A stretch of 24,048 nucleotides of DNA from assembly GCA_037128175.1 (NCBI GenBank), contig JBAXWY010000045.1:1-24048 (forward strand), read 5' to 3'. A model generated the notes under the pieces. That model made no database searches and was not told the origin of the DNA. It saw only the letters and a list, made by a program, of their open reading frames with translations. Positions within the stretch are counted from its first letter, which is position 1, and each line of letters opens with the position of its first letter. The DNA is from Methanothrix sp. Its GTDB lineage: Archaea; Halobacteriota; Methanosarcinia; Methanotrichales; Methanotrichaceae. The position numbers and the translations under genes were made by a program. Below are positions 16,450 through 24,048 of the stretch, in pieces.

Positions 16450-16623
16450 CTACTTAGCGAGTACTACCTTGTCTATGCTGATCTTGGCATCCTTGAGTAT
16501 CAGCTTAATGCCGCCGGCGCTGCCGGACATGGAAAAAGCTGGTGCTGCTGCCCCTGCTGCTGCAGCCGGTGCGGCTGCGGGAGCCGCGGCGGCCGGTGTC
16601 TTTGGCTTGAGTTTTAACTGCAT
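16450..16623 (-). CDS. ACDS-operon microprotein 1 (57 aa), CdhC C-terminal-tail-like; absent from the ORF track
   Basis: Hand translation MQLKLKPKTPAAAAPAAAPAAAAGAAAPAFSMSGSAGGIKLILKDAKISIDKVVLAK*; RBS GAGGGTGA; paralog of 16194-16367. Confidence 0.88.
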   Translation of the reverse strand: MQLKLKPKTPAAAAPAAAPAAAAGAAAPAFSMSGSAGGIKLILKDAKISIDKVVLAK

Positions 16624-16666
16624 AGATTTTCACCCTCTTTGATTATTACTCATTCGCAAATTTAGC

Positions 16667-18073
16667 TCACTCGAGAACGCCATCAGCCTGCAGAGCCTCA
16701 ACGACCTGCATGAACTGGTTTTCGGAGAGAGCCATCTCGGACTTGACGGTATCAATGTTGATGTCTCCGCCCGTCTTCTCGATATAGGCCATGACCTTCT
16801 CTTTGATCTCGTCGGAAATATCTTCCAGAACCCAGCCCTCGGTGATCTTCTTGCCGTCTACTTTCCTGGTGACGCCGTTAACAACGGGGTGGTCGACCTT
16901 GAGCAGGAAGGACTTGAGAGCGGCGATATCCTTGGCATCGTCTTCAGTGGCGATCTTGGCCATCATGTCCTCATCGATGCCTGCCTTTACTCTTTCCTTG
17001 AGGCCCTTGGACATCCAGGCGATCCTTCTCCAGCCGCCATCGGCCTGAAGGAACTTGGGGGAGAGGTAGTAGAGAATGCCCATTCCCAGGAATCCTACAA
17101 CCTGCTTGCCGCCGCCCGTCTGTCCTGCCATGGTTGAGAAGGGAAGACCGTTGGGGGTTGCGCCCTTGAAGTCACGATCGGCTAGACCGATGCCGTCAAC
17201 CTCGGGCATGTAGAAGCCTATGGTCTCGAAGCAGCCACAGGAGGTGTGGGGTGCATCAAAGAACGTGTAGAGCAGCATCCTGCTGTACTCGCCGCCCGAC
17301 CTCTTGGAGGCCATCTCATTGATGGCTTCATACTCGCCGGAAACTGCGTCCGTTGCCGTTCCCTTGGGTATGGGGAACTGGGGGCCCTCTGGGTCCACCT
17401 TGGCGGCAGCGCGTCCATCGAACCAGGTGATAGCTCCGCACAGAGATGGCCTGTCCGGGGTAACCACGCAGGCGCTGGTGGGTGCGAAGGCCTGACAGAG
17501 TGTGCAGCCGTAGAAGACATCTACGTCCTCATCGTGCAGTCCCTTGGCGCGCTCGTCACGAGTCTTGTAGACGGCCATGGCCTTGGCCAGCTCCGCCTTA
17601 ACCTGGGCAGGGTCGGTGACAATGGTGATCTCCATCTTCTCGATGAAGGGCATCTCGGCCTTGTACAGATCGATGATGGGAGTAAAGATCTCTTTCCAGG
17701 AGGTTACACCCTTCTTGGCCAGGCTCTTGCCGACTCTCATCCAGATATCGTATCTCTGGTTGAGATGCATGAGGCCGCTGATGTAGGAGAGCAGGGCGTG
17801 GTTGCGCCTCTCGATGATGGACTCCAGATCCTTCTCGATCTTTTCGCCGCCGACCTTGAATATCATGCCGAAGGGAATGGTGGAGCCTTCCTTGATATCC
17901 TTGAGCTCAGGACCGATGACAGTAACCCTTCCATCCACAATCTCATCCATGGGTGCCGACAGGGACAGCTCGAATCCGTCTGCCTTGGGGCCGCCCAGCT
18001 CTACCCATAGATCGTCCTTTCTGATTCTCTCGCCCTCATACATAGGGGATATATCCAACTTTATGTCTGCCAT
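16667..18073 (-). CDS. cdhC: ACDS beta subunit (acetyl-CoA synthase, A-cluster) with atypical C-terminal domain
   Basis: YEGERIRK, HLNQRYDIW, FYGCTLCQAFAP, HTSCGCFE and FSTMAGQTGGG motifs. Confidence 0.97.
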   Translation of the reverse strand: MADIKLDISPMYEGERIRKDDLWVELGGPKADGFELSLSAPMDEIVDGRVTVIGPELKDIKEGSTIPFGMIFKVGGEKIEKDLESIIERRNHALLSYISGLMHLNQRYDIWMRVGKSLAKKGVTSWKEIFTPIIDLYKAEMPFIEKMEITIVTDPAQVKAELAKAMAVYKTRDERAKGLHDEDVDVFYGCTLCQAFAPTSACVVTPDRPSLCGAITWFDGRAAAKVDPEGPQFPIPKGTATDAVSGEYEAINEMASKRSGGEYSRMLLYTFFDAPHTSCGCFETIGFYMPEVDGIGLADRDFKGATPNGLPFSTMAGQTGGGKQVVGFLGMGILYYLSPKFLQADGGWRRIAWMSKGLKERVKAGIDEDMMAKIATEDDAKDIAALKSFLLKVDHPVVNGVTRKVDGKKITEGWVLEDISDEIKEKVMAYIEKTGGDINIDTVKSEMALSENQFMQVVEALQADGVLE

Positions 18074-18104
18074 TAATACACCTCTTCTGTTTGTGAGATA
18101 AACT

Positions 18105-18668
18105 TTATTTCTGCATTGCTGCGATTACTTCGTCCACGGCGGCGTGATAGTCGTCGGGGATGAAGGCCATGTTGCCAAAGGTCATATTCGCGTTGATGTG
18201 ATAGTACCGGTCAACGGATATGCGCTTGATGTCCCGGTTGAAGTTCTTGAGAGTTGCGAACATGGCGTTGGCGAATTTGTAGAAGATGCCCATAAAGATA
18301 ACGGCATCGTACTGTCCCTGTCCATCCAGGCCCTTCCAGTCGGGGAAGCGCAGGTTGTTGGTCAGGGGGTGCAGGCCGATCTGGTAGACGTTCTCCAGGT
18401 AGCCTCTGTCTACAAAGCCTTTCACGGAATGCGCCGTGGCGGCGATGGGAATGCCCATCTTGCCCATCTCGATCATCTTATCGAACATGATGGGGTCGTC
18501 AAAAAGCTCTGCCCCCACAACGAGCAGAGGCCTCTTGGCCTTCTTGATTATAGCGCCCATAACCTTCGGCATGTAGCACTTGGCCTGCTCCGGTCCGGGG
18601 ACCTGGGCCATCTCAAAGGGAATGGGATTCTTGGTGGTGTCAATGCCCTTCTTAACTTCTGCTGCCAT
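18105..18668 (-). CDS. cdhB: ACDS epsilon subunit
   Basis: IKKAKRPLLVVG, WKGLDGQGQYD and NANMTFGN; start reassigned to ATG 18668 behind RBS AGGAGGAG. Confidence 0.95.
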   Translation of the reverse strand: MAAEVKKGIDTTKNPIPFEMAQVPGPEQAKCYMPKVMGAIIKKAKRPLLVVGAELFDDPIMFDKMIEMGKMGIPIAATAHSVKGFVDRGYLENVYQIGLHPLTNNLRFPDWKGLDGQGQYDAVIFMGIFYKFANAMFATLKNFNRDIKRISVDRYYHINANMTFGNMAFIPDDYHAAVDEVIAAMQK

Positions 18669-18688
18669 TTTCTGTCTCCTCCTTGCCC

Positions 18689-21106
18689 TCACTTCTTGGT
18701 CCTGATCTTGCGCGGGAGATTGGTCGGGTCGAAGCTCACATCAGCGGGCCGCAGCGGTCCGGTAAGGATCTTCTTGGCCTTCCAGTCGATCGTCCAGCCG
18801 TGCTTTGACTCCAGCTCCTTCATCATCATTTCCTTGTATGCGAGGGGGAGGTCTTTGGCGTCGCGGACGAAGATATGCCAATCGTCGGGCAGTTTGCCGC
18901 AGTACTTCATGGAGATATCACAGTAGTGGGTCAGCTTGATCGCTCGACCGATGCTGTTATCGGAAGGCCGCAGGCAGAGCTTGGCCATCTCAACCATAGC
19001 CTCTTCCTTGGTCTCGGCGATATAGAGCATGGCCTCGGGTGCGGGCTCAATCTGCTGCATCTTGCCGTCGCGAGCATCGATGACCATCCAGTCCTCGGGC
19101 TTGTCCGTCCTGCCGATGAAAGAGCGGCGGTACATGACAGAGTGAGGCTGAACTACCACGGGAATACCGAGCCTGTTGCAGCCAGTAGCGATAGAAGCGG
19201 CCTTCTGAGAGTATGCTCCCCAGGCCACGCCGCAGGCACCAACTTTGTTCAGGATGTAGTCGGCGATATCGTCGAAGTTGCCCCTGTGGTTTCGGTGGGC
19301 GAATATGGTGGCCACCTTGATGGCAGCGTCGCCGATATTGGCGTTGGAAACGCACGAGCCGGTGTTGCAGATGTTGCGACCGTCAAAGCCTCCGGGATAC
19401 TGTTCCCAGATGGTCTTGCCGTCTTCATCGGTGTAGAGGGACATATCCATGGCCATGCATCCAGAAGTGACAACGATGTAGCCGCGGTCTACGAACTCCT
19501 TGGCCATATCATAGCACTCCTTGGTGCCGTTGGGATAGTTGCTGCATCCGACCAGAGCTATGACTCCAGGAATGGTGCCGAGCACAATGGGCGCACCTAC
19601 AGCTCGAATCTCAGTATCGCGAGCGGGTCCGCGTCCGGATCTCATCTTGAACTTCTGATTCTTGATATATTGGCGGTTGGCATACTCGAAGAGGTCCAGA
19701 ATGTTTATGCCCTGAGGGCAGGACTGCTCGCACTTGCCGCATCCTACGCAAATCTCGTAATAGTTGGAGAATGGCAACAGATCGCCCTTCACGGCATCCG
19801 CAATGAGTTTGCTGATCCTGATGTGGGGCGGGCAGACAAATGCGCACTCATTGCACTGAGTACACTTCGCTACGCTTTCCTTGAACTGCTCTTCTGTGAG
19901 CAGGTTCTGAATCTTGGCCTCAGCACGCTTGGGCTTCACGGCTATGGCAACCCGTATGCCTATTTCGCCGGCTTTTATTGGGTCCAATACGGCAACGCCC
20001 GGTATCTTGAAGCTCACCAGGTCGTCAACTATGGCATCAATCGAGTCATTGGTCCTATCCGGCAAGCCAAGCATGATCTTGTCTGTGGTGGCAATGACAG
20101 GGATCTTGCGCTTTTCGGCATCTGCAAGAACATCACAGAAGACACACTGCTCGTCCACCATGACACAGTCCATGACACCGGAGCGAATCATCTTTCTCCA
20201 CCAGCCCATAGCACCAGCTACCTTGGGCTTCATGCCTATGCCGGCGGGAACCTTGGCTTCGCCCTTGCCCAGACCAATTCTGTTCAGGTCATGAGCTGTA
20301 CAGCAGACGCCGCCTATGTCCACCTTGTCCCAGAGATTGTTGCTCTCGGCGTACATCATGGCTTCAGCGCCAGCTGCCAGGTTATGGCCGTAGGCGATGA
20401 GAACGCCCTTGCTCTGGTCCATGGTGCCCATGCCGATCTCAATGATGGGGGCATCAGCTGCGCCACGGGGCATATTGTAAGCCACAATCTGCAGCATGTC
20501 GCAAATCTCCATGCCAAGCAAGTCCAACATACCGGCATGCAGAGCTTTGGACTCGAAATCTATGAAAGCGCTCTCTTGACCGGTGTGGGTAGCTGCCAGA
20601 AGCTGTACGACCTCTTCCTCAAGGTAATAGAGTCCCTCATTGAAGTCCTTGAAGTTCCTGGGCTTGGTGCCCATGATGGTCTGGTACAGGGGAGAGTCTA
20701 CCAGAATCTCGTCGCCCATGTCAAACTTCATGTCGCCGAACTTGTCCATGCACCAGTGGTAAAGATGTCTTCCATGGGCCGCATGCGCACAGCACCCCAT
20801 CAGGCAGGCAATTAAAACAATCTTGCCGCAAGCTCCGGCCTGATCAATGCCGCAGGCTCCGCGCTTGTTGCCTGTTAGGTCGCATGGACCATAGGTACAA
20901 AGAGTGCATGTATCGTCTGCCGGGGCGTACATGATCTTGTATCTGTTAGCGATCATATGATCCCAGGATCGGAGCGTTGCCACACCGGGCTTGGGATGTG
21001 GTCCCATCTCCTGGTCCCACTCATCCGCTTCCTTAACGACAGCCCCTATGTTGATCTGGACGTTCTTCATGTCCTCAACCGAAAAGCTGCCCTCTCTTGT
21101 TGCCAT
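18689..21106 (-). CDS. cdhA: ACDS alpha subunit (Ni-CO dehydrogenase)
   Basis: CTLCTYGPC, HAAHGRH, CCTAHD, DEQC, two ferredoxin motifs (CTQCNECAFVCP, CVGCGKCEQSCP), GSCVSN and SQKA. Confidence 0.98.
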   Translation of the reverse strand: MATREGSFSVEDMKNVQINIGAVVKEADEWDQEMGPHPKPGVATLRSWDHMIANRYKIMYAPADDTCTLCTYGPCDLTGNKRGACGIDQAGACGKIVLIACLMGCCAHAAHGRHLYHWCMDKFGDMKFDMGDEILVDSPLYQTIMGTKPRNFKDFNEGLYYLEEEVVQLLAATHTGQESAFIDFESKALHAGMLDLLGMEICDMLQIVAYNMPRGAADAPIIEIGMGTMDQSKGVLIAYGHNLAAGAEAMMYAESNNLWDKVDIGGVCCTAHDLNRIGLGKGEAKVPAGIGMKPKVAGAMGWWRKMIRSGVMDCVMVDEQCVFCDVLADAEKRKIPVIATTDKIMLGLPDRTNDSIDAIVDDLVSFKIPGVAVLDPIKAGEIGIRVAIAVKPKRAEAKIQNLLTEEQFKESVAKCTQCNECAFVCPPHIRISKLIADAVKGDLLPFSNYYEICVGCGKCEQSCPQGINILDLFEYANRQYIKNQKFKMRSGRGPARDTEIRAVGAPIVLGTIPGVIALVGCSNYPNGTKECYDMAKEFVDRGYIVVTSGCMAMDMSLYTDEDGKTIWEQYPGGFDGRNICNTGSCVSNANIGDAAIKVATIFAHRNHRGNFDDIADYILNKVGACGVAWGAYSQKAASIATGCNRLGIPVVVQPHSVMYRRSFIGRTDKPEDWMVIDARDGKMQQIEPAPEAMLYIAETKEEAMVEMAKLCLRPSDNSIGRAIKLTHYCDISMKYCGKLPDDWHIFVRDAKDLPLAYKEMMMKELESKHGWTIDWKAKKILTGPLRPADVSFDPTNLPRKIRTKK

Positions 21107-21182
21107 CGGAATCTTAGCCTCCTCTTCCTTTGATATATGCCGCTTGAGTTCGCATAGAGTAGATAAAACACTTTCGGATACC

Positions 21183-21242
21183 TAGTAATATAAAATTCTT
21201 GAAATCGCTGATAGATTCATAGTAGTATTATTATATACTGAT
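21183..21242. promoter_or_regulatory. AT-rich divergent promoter region for cdhA and cobD
   Basis: Minus AAGAATTTTATATTA near 21201-21187; plus TTATTATATA near 21228-21237; exact TATA assignment uncertain. Confidence 0.4.
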
Positions 21243-21340
21243 CAACAGCACACAGTGATGTTATCTAGTCACGATCGTTAATGGAAGATCTTCTGCCCAC
21301 AAGCTTGAAATGCCTTCCCACAAGAAGTCCTGGCAAATCC

Positions 21341-22435
21341 ATGATAAACCGGATACGGAAGAGCTTTGCCATGGCCGGCGCGTGCCAGCACGGCGGCCTT
21401 GTACAAGAGGCGGCATCGATCCTGGGAGCAGAGCCCTTAGACTTCTCCGCCAACATCAATCCCCTGGGCTCACCGCCCCTCAAAGAATTGTTTTTAGAAG
21501 AGCTGGAGCATATAGGCCACTATCCGGACAATAGCTACCGGAGCTTTCGTCGCGCCGCCGCAAAATTTGTAAATGTAGATATGGGATGCATCGTGCCCGG
21601 CAACGGCTCCTCGGAGCTGATCCGGCTCTTTGCCGAATGCTGCTTTGAAGAGGGCGACAGGGCCCTGGTGCCCACGCCCTCCTTTGGCGAGTACACCAAC
21701 CAGTCCCTTTTGGCCGGAGCGACGGTCAAACGAGTGAACATCGGCGAAGACGGCCTACCGCTTCTGGCAAAGGGCGATCTTGCCGCGGCCAAGCTGCTCT
21801 TCCTTTGTAACCCCAACAATCCCACGGGTAGATTGCTCTTCGCAGAGCAGGTCATCGATCTGGCCGATAGATGCGAGGAGACCGAAACCTTTCTGCTGGT
21901 GGATGAGGCCTTCATTGAGCTATCCGAGCCTGAGCAGAGCGTGGTGGCACTCGCGCCGCACAGAGAGTTTCTCTTCGTCATTAGGTCGCTGACCAAGTCC
22001 TTTGGCGTGCCGGGCCTGCGCCTGGGTTTTGGGGTAACCAATGCCAGGCTTGCCGGTATTTTGAATCTGGCCAGAATTCCCTGGTCCATAGGCTCGCTCG
22101 CTGCAGCCGCGGCCACATACCTTTTGGGCTGTGAGGAGCATTTGGTGCAAAGCCGCCACGTCATAAAAGAGGAGCTGGCCTGGCTGGAGGCAGCCCTGCA
22201 AGGTTTGGGCCTGCGGCCCCTGCATAGCAGCGTCAACTTCATTCTGGTGAATATCGAGCCCTGTGGCCTGGCTTGCGATGTACTGGCGAAGAGGACCATG
22301 GCCCAGGGCGTGCTGGTGCGAGACTGCCAGTCCTTTGGCCTAGGCAAAAGCTACATCCGAGTAGCAGTGCGTAGCCGCTCTGAGAACGAGCGGCTGATAA
22401 CCGCCCTGGAGAGATCTCTCAAATGCAGCGACTGA
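21341..22435 (+). CDS. cobD: Threonine-phosphate decarboxylase (PLP-dependent; cobamide biosynthesis)
   Basis: HGG...DFSANINPLG, GNGSSELI, CNPNNPTG, DEAF and SLTKSFGVPGLRLG; next to cbiB; start probably ATG 21341 rather than 21281. Confidence 0.88.
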   Translation: MINRIRKSFAMAGACQHGGLVQEAASILGAEPLDFSANINPLGSPPLKELFLEELEHIGHYPDNSYRSFRRAAAKFVNVDMGCIVPGNGSSELIRLFAECCFEEGDRALVPTPSFGEYTNQSLLAGATVKRVNIGEDGLPLLAKGDLAAAKLLFLCNPNNPTGRLLFAEQVIDLADRCEETETFLLVDEAFIELSEPEQSVVALAPHREFLFVIRSLTKSFGVPGLRLGFGVTNARLAGILNLARIPWSIGSLAAAAATYLLGCEEHLVQSRHVIKEELAWLEAALQGLGLRPLHSSVNFILVNIEPCGLACDVLAKRTMAQGVLVRDCQSFGLGKSYIRVAVRSRSENERLITALERSLKCSD

Positions 22436-22665
22436 ATTGCGAGAAATTTCCCTGCCACTCCCTGGAACAGGACTGCACCCTCTGCTTTTGCCCCTTTTAT
22501 CCCTGCCGGGACAAGAGAACAGGCGGTAAAGAGCAGGGCGTCACCTGGTGCTGCGACTCCTGTCAAATCATCCACCGCCCCGAGGTGGCGGCAATGGTCC
22601 TGGACGCACTTATGAAGGGCGAGGCCATAGGCACCGCCTGGAAGAAGCTGGAGGCGCATCTGTGA
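22423..22665 (+). CDS. Cysteine-rich small domain (zf-like) protein associated with cobamide genes
   Basis: CEKFPCH...DCTLCFCPFYPC...WCCDSCQIIH pattern. Confidence 0.85.
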   Translation: MQRLNCEKFPCHSLEQDCTLCFCPFYPCRDKRTGGKEQGVTWCCDSCQIIHRPEVAAMVLDALMKGEAIGTAWKKLEAHL

Positions 22666-22675
22666 GGAGCCGACA

Positions 22676-23599
22676 ATGATTGCAGAAAGCCTGGCAGTAT
22701 TTCTCCTGGCCGCGGCCTTTGACATCCTCTTAGGCGAGATGCCGGCTAGAGTTCATCCCGTGGTATGGATCGGGAAATTAATCGCTTTTCTGCGCGCCCA
22801 TGCCCGGCCCACCCGGGCGAGCGGAATTGCTCTGGCCATAGTAGTAATAGTAGTAACCGTTCTCTCCGGCCACCTGGCTGTGAAAGCGGCAGGAATTGTT
22901 CCACTACTACCATTGCTCGTCTCCGCCTACCTTTTCAAGTCCACCTTCGCGATTCGTTGTCTTCTGCAGGTCTCCCGGGACATCGGGCAGATGATCGACA
23001 GGGACATGGACGAGGCCAAGTCGATGCTTCCTGCCCTGGTGGGCCGCGATACCAGCTCGCTCACCAAAAGTCAAGCCAGCTCGGCGGTGATAGAGTCGCT
23101 CTCCGAGAACTATGTGGACGGAATACTCTCGCCCATCTTTTACTATCTGCTCTTTGCGCCCCTGGGCTATGGCCTGGAAGCCGCGTTGGCATTCAAGGCC
23201 ATCAGCACCATGGACTCCATGATCGGCTACAAGACCCGAGGTCTCAAGGAGATTGGCTTCGCGGGGGCGAAGCTCGATGATCTGGCCAACTACATTCCCG
23301 CCCGCCTATCCATTATTCTTATCGCCCTGGCCCGGCCCGCCGGGGGAGGCGCGGCCCTGCGCGCGGCGCTGCGCTATCATCACGCCACCCCCAGCCCCAA
23401 CTCCGGCTGGCCCATGGCGGCTCTGGCCGGCGCTCTTAATATCCGCCTGGAGAAAACCGGCTACTATGTACTGGTGGAGGAAGGAATGCAGCCACAGACC
23501 TCTGATGTGCCGCGCGCCCTGCAACTCATGCAGACGGCAATCGCTCTCACCTTAGCAGCGGCGTTGTTAATCCTGTACTTCTGGCCCCTTAAACTATAA
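22676..23599 (+). CDS. cbiB: Adenosylcobinamide-phosphate synthase
   Basis: HPVVWIG, LVGRDT, ESLSENYVDG, DSMIGYK, LDDLANYIPARL and SPNSGWPM motifs. Confidence 0.95.
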   Translation: MIAESLAVFLLAAAFDILLGEMPARVHPVVWIGKLIAFLRAHARPTRASGIALAIVVIVVTVLSGHLAVKAAGIVPLLPLLVSAYLFKSTFAIRCLLQVSRDIGQMIDRDMDEAKSMLPALVGRDTSSLTKSQASSAVIESLSENYVDGILSPIFYYLLFAPLGYGLEAALAFKAISTMDSMIGYKTRGLKEIGFAGAKLDDLANYIPARLSIILIALARPAGGGAALRAALRYHHATPSPNSGWPMAALAGALNIRLEKTGYYVLVEEGMQPQTSDVPRALQLMQTAIALTLAAALLILYFWPLKL

Positions 23600-23645
23600 A
23601 ATGATATAATTGCAGCACATCGTAGTGTCTCGTTGTCGGAGGAAC

Positions 23646-23930
23646 ATGGCTGAGAACACCGAAATAGTCCAAGAACCGGTTGAAATGGTTAATTCTTGTT
23701 CGGAATGCGGTTCGAAGATTAATACAAAGGAAGACACAATAGATAAAGATCCGATTGCGAAATGCCTATTGAGATTATGTGCCATAATAAATGGAACATG
23801 GAACGATATTCTAGCATCGATTCAGTCAATATCATTCTTGAGAGAAGCGGCATTATATATTGATTGTACTATTCTTGCCATCTGGAAGCGCAAAAAAACC
23901 GGCGGAAACAAAAAAAATCGCGGAGTTTGA
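23646..23930 (+). CDS. Hypothetical protein with a single CxxCG knuckle; possibly degenerate
   Basis: RBS GGAGGA before ATG 23646; MAENTEIVQEPVEMVNSCSECGSK; AT-rich, unconvincing C-terminal half. Confidence 0.4.
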   Translation: MAENTEIVQEPVEMVNSCSECGSKINTKEDTIDKDPIAKCLLRLCAIINGTWNDILASIQSISFLREAALYIDCTILAIWKRKKTGGNKKNRGV

Positions 23931-24003
23931 GTTCTGTCTTTATGCCCACCATCGAAAGCGCCTAAACGGTTCCTCGCTGTTTTGCGTGGGTAATAGAATA
24001 ATC

Positions 24004-24048
24004 GAGTCCTCTGTGAGTCCTCCGTGCGCTCTCGGGTCTCTGTGGTGG
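24004..24048. repeat. Degenerate short tandem CTCTGTG-type repeat at the window edge
   Basis: GAGTCCTCTGTG, GAGTCCTCCGTG, CTCTCGG and GTCTCTGTGGT units. Confidence 0.5.

Noticed and set aside
16207-16617. Plus-strand 136-aa ORF with a Cys-rich end (WCCCPCCCSRCGCG) resembling a metallothionein or RiPP precursor
   Set aside because: Arises from reading the GCA/GCT Ala codons of the two microproteins on the opposite strand
16624-16669. Possible TGA readthrough (Sec) or frameshift joining cdhC to microprotein 1
   Set aside because: In-frame TAA seven codons after the TGA, the ATG is out of frame (43-nt gap), and microprotein 1 has its own GAGGGTGA RBS and a paralog with the same start
18875-20815. 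646-aa plus-strand ORF
   Set aside because: Antisense shadow of cdhA, explained by codon bias in a highly expressed gene; no recognisable motifs. The same applies to the antisense ORFs over cdhB/C/D/E and cobD
1-24048. tRNA, rRNA, transposase or integrase genes
   Set aside because: None recognised by eye; covariance-model searches were not possible, so small ncRNAs in intergenic gaps (e.g. 10110-10470) cannot be excluded

Overview
Archaeal methanogen DNA, most consistent with an acetoclastic Methanothrix/Methanosarcinales-type genome (inferred from gene content). Left part (1-7.7 kb): a minus-strand surface-glycan locus (NDP-sugar epimerase, GDP-mannose 4,6-dehydratase, GT4 glycosyltransferase, Wzm/Wzt ABC exporter) interrupted by a HEPN-MNT pair and an acylphosphatase with a tandem-repeat coiled coil. 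Middle (7.8-12.5 kb): a secreted PQQ/sorbosone-dehydrogenase-type beta-propeller fused to a His/Cys Ig-like domain, a half-size MFS transporter, a site-2 protease and several small proteins. Right part: a complete ACDS operon (cdhA-B-C-[two microproteins]-cooC-cdhD-cdhE) divergent from cobD-zf-cbiB cobamide genes. The most striking observation: CdhC lacks the usual low-complexity linker plus beta-rich C-terminal tail and ends in a winged-helix-like domain. That tail motif is instead encoded by two separate, paralogous 57-aa genes right after cdhC; the ORF track misses one and overextends the other. This suggests an ACDS assembly module supplied in trans.
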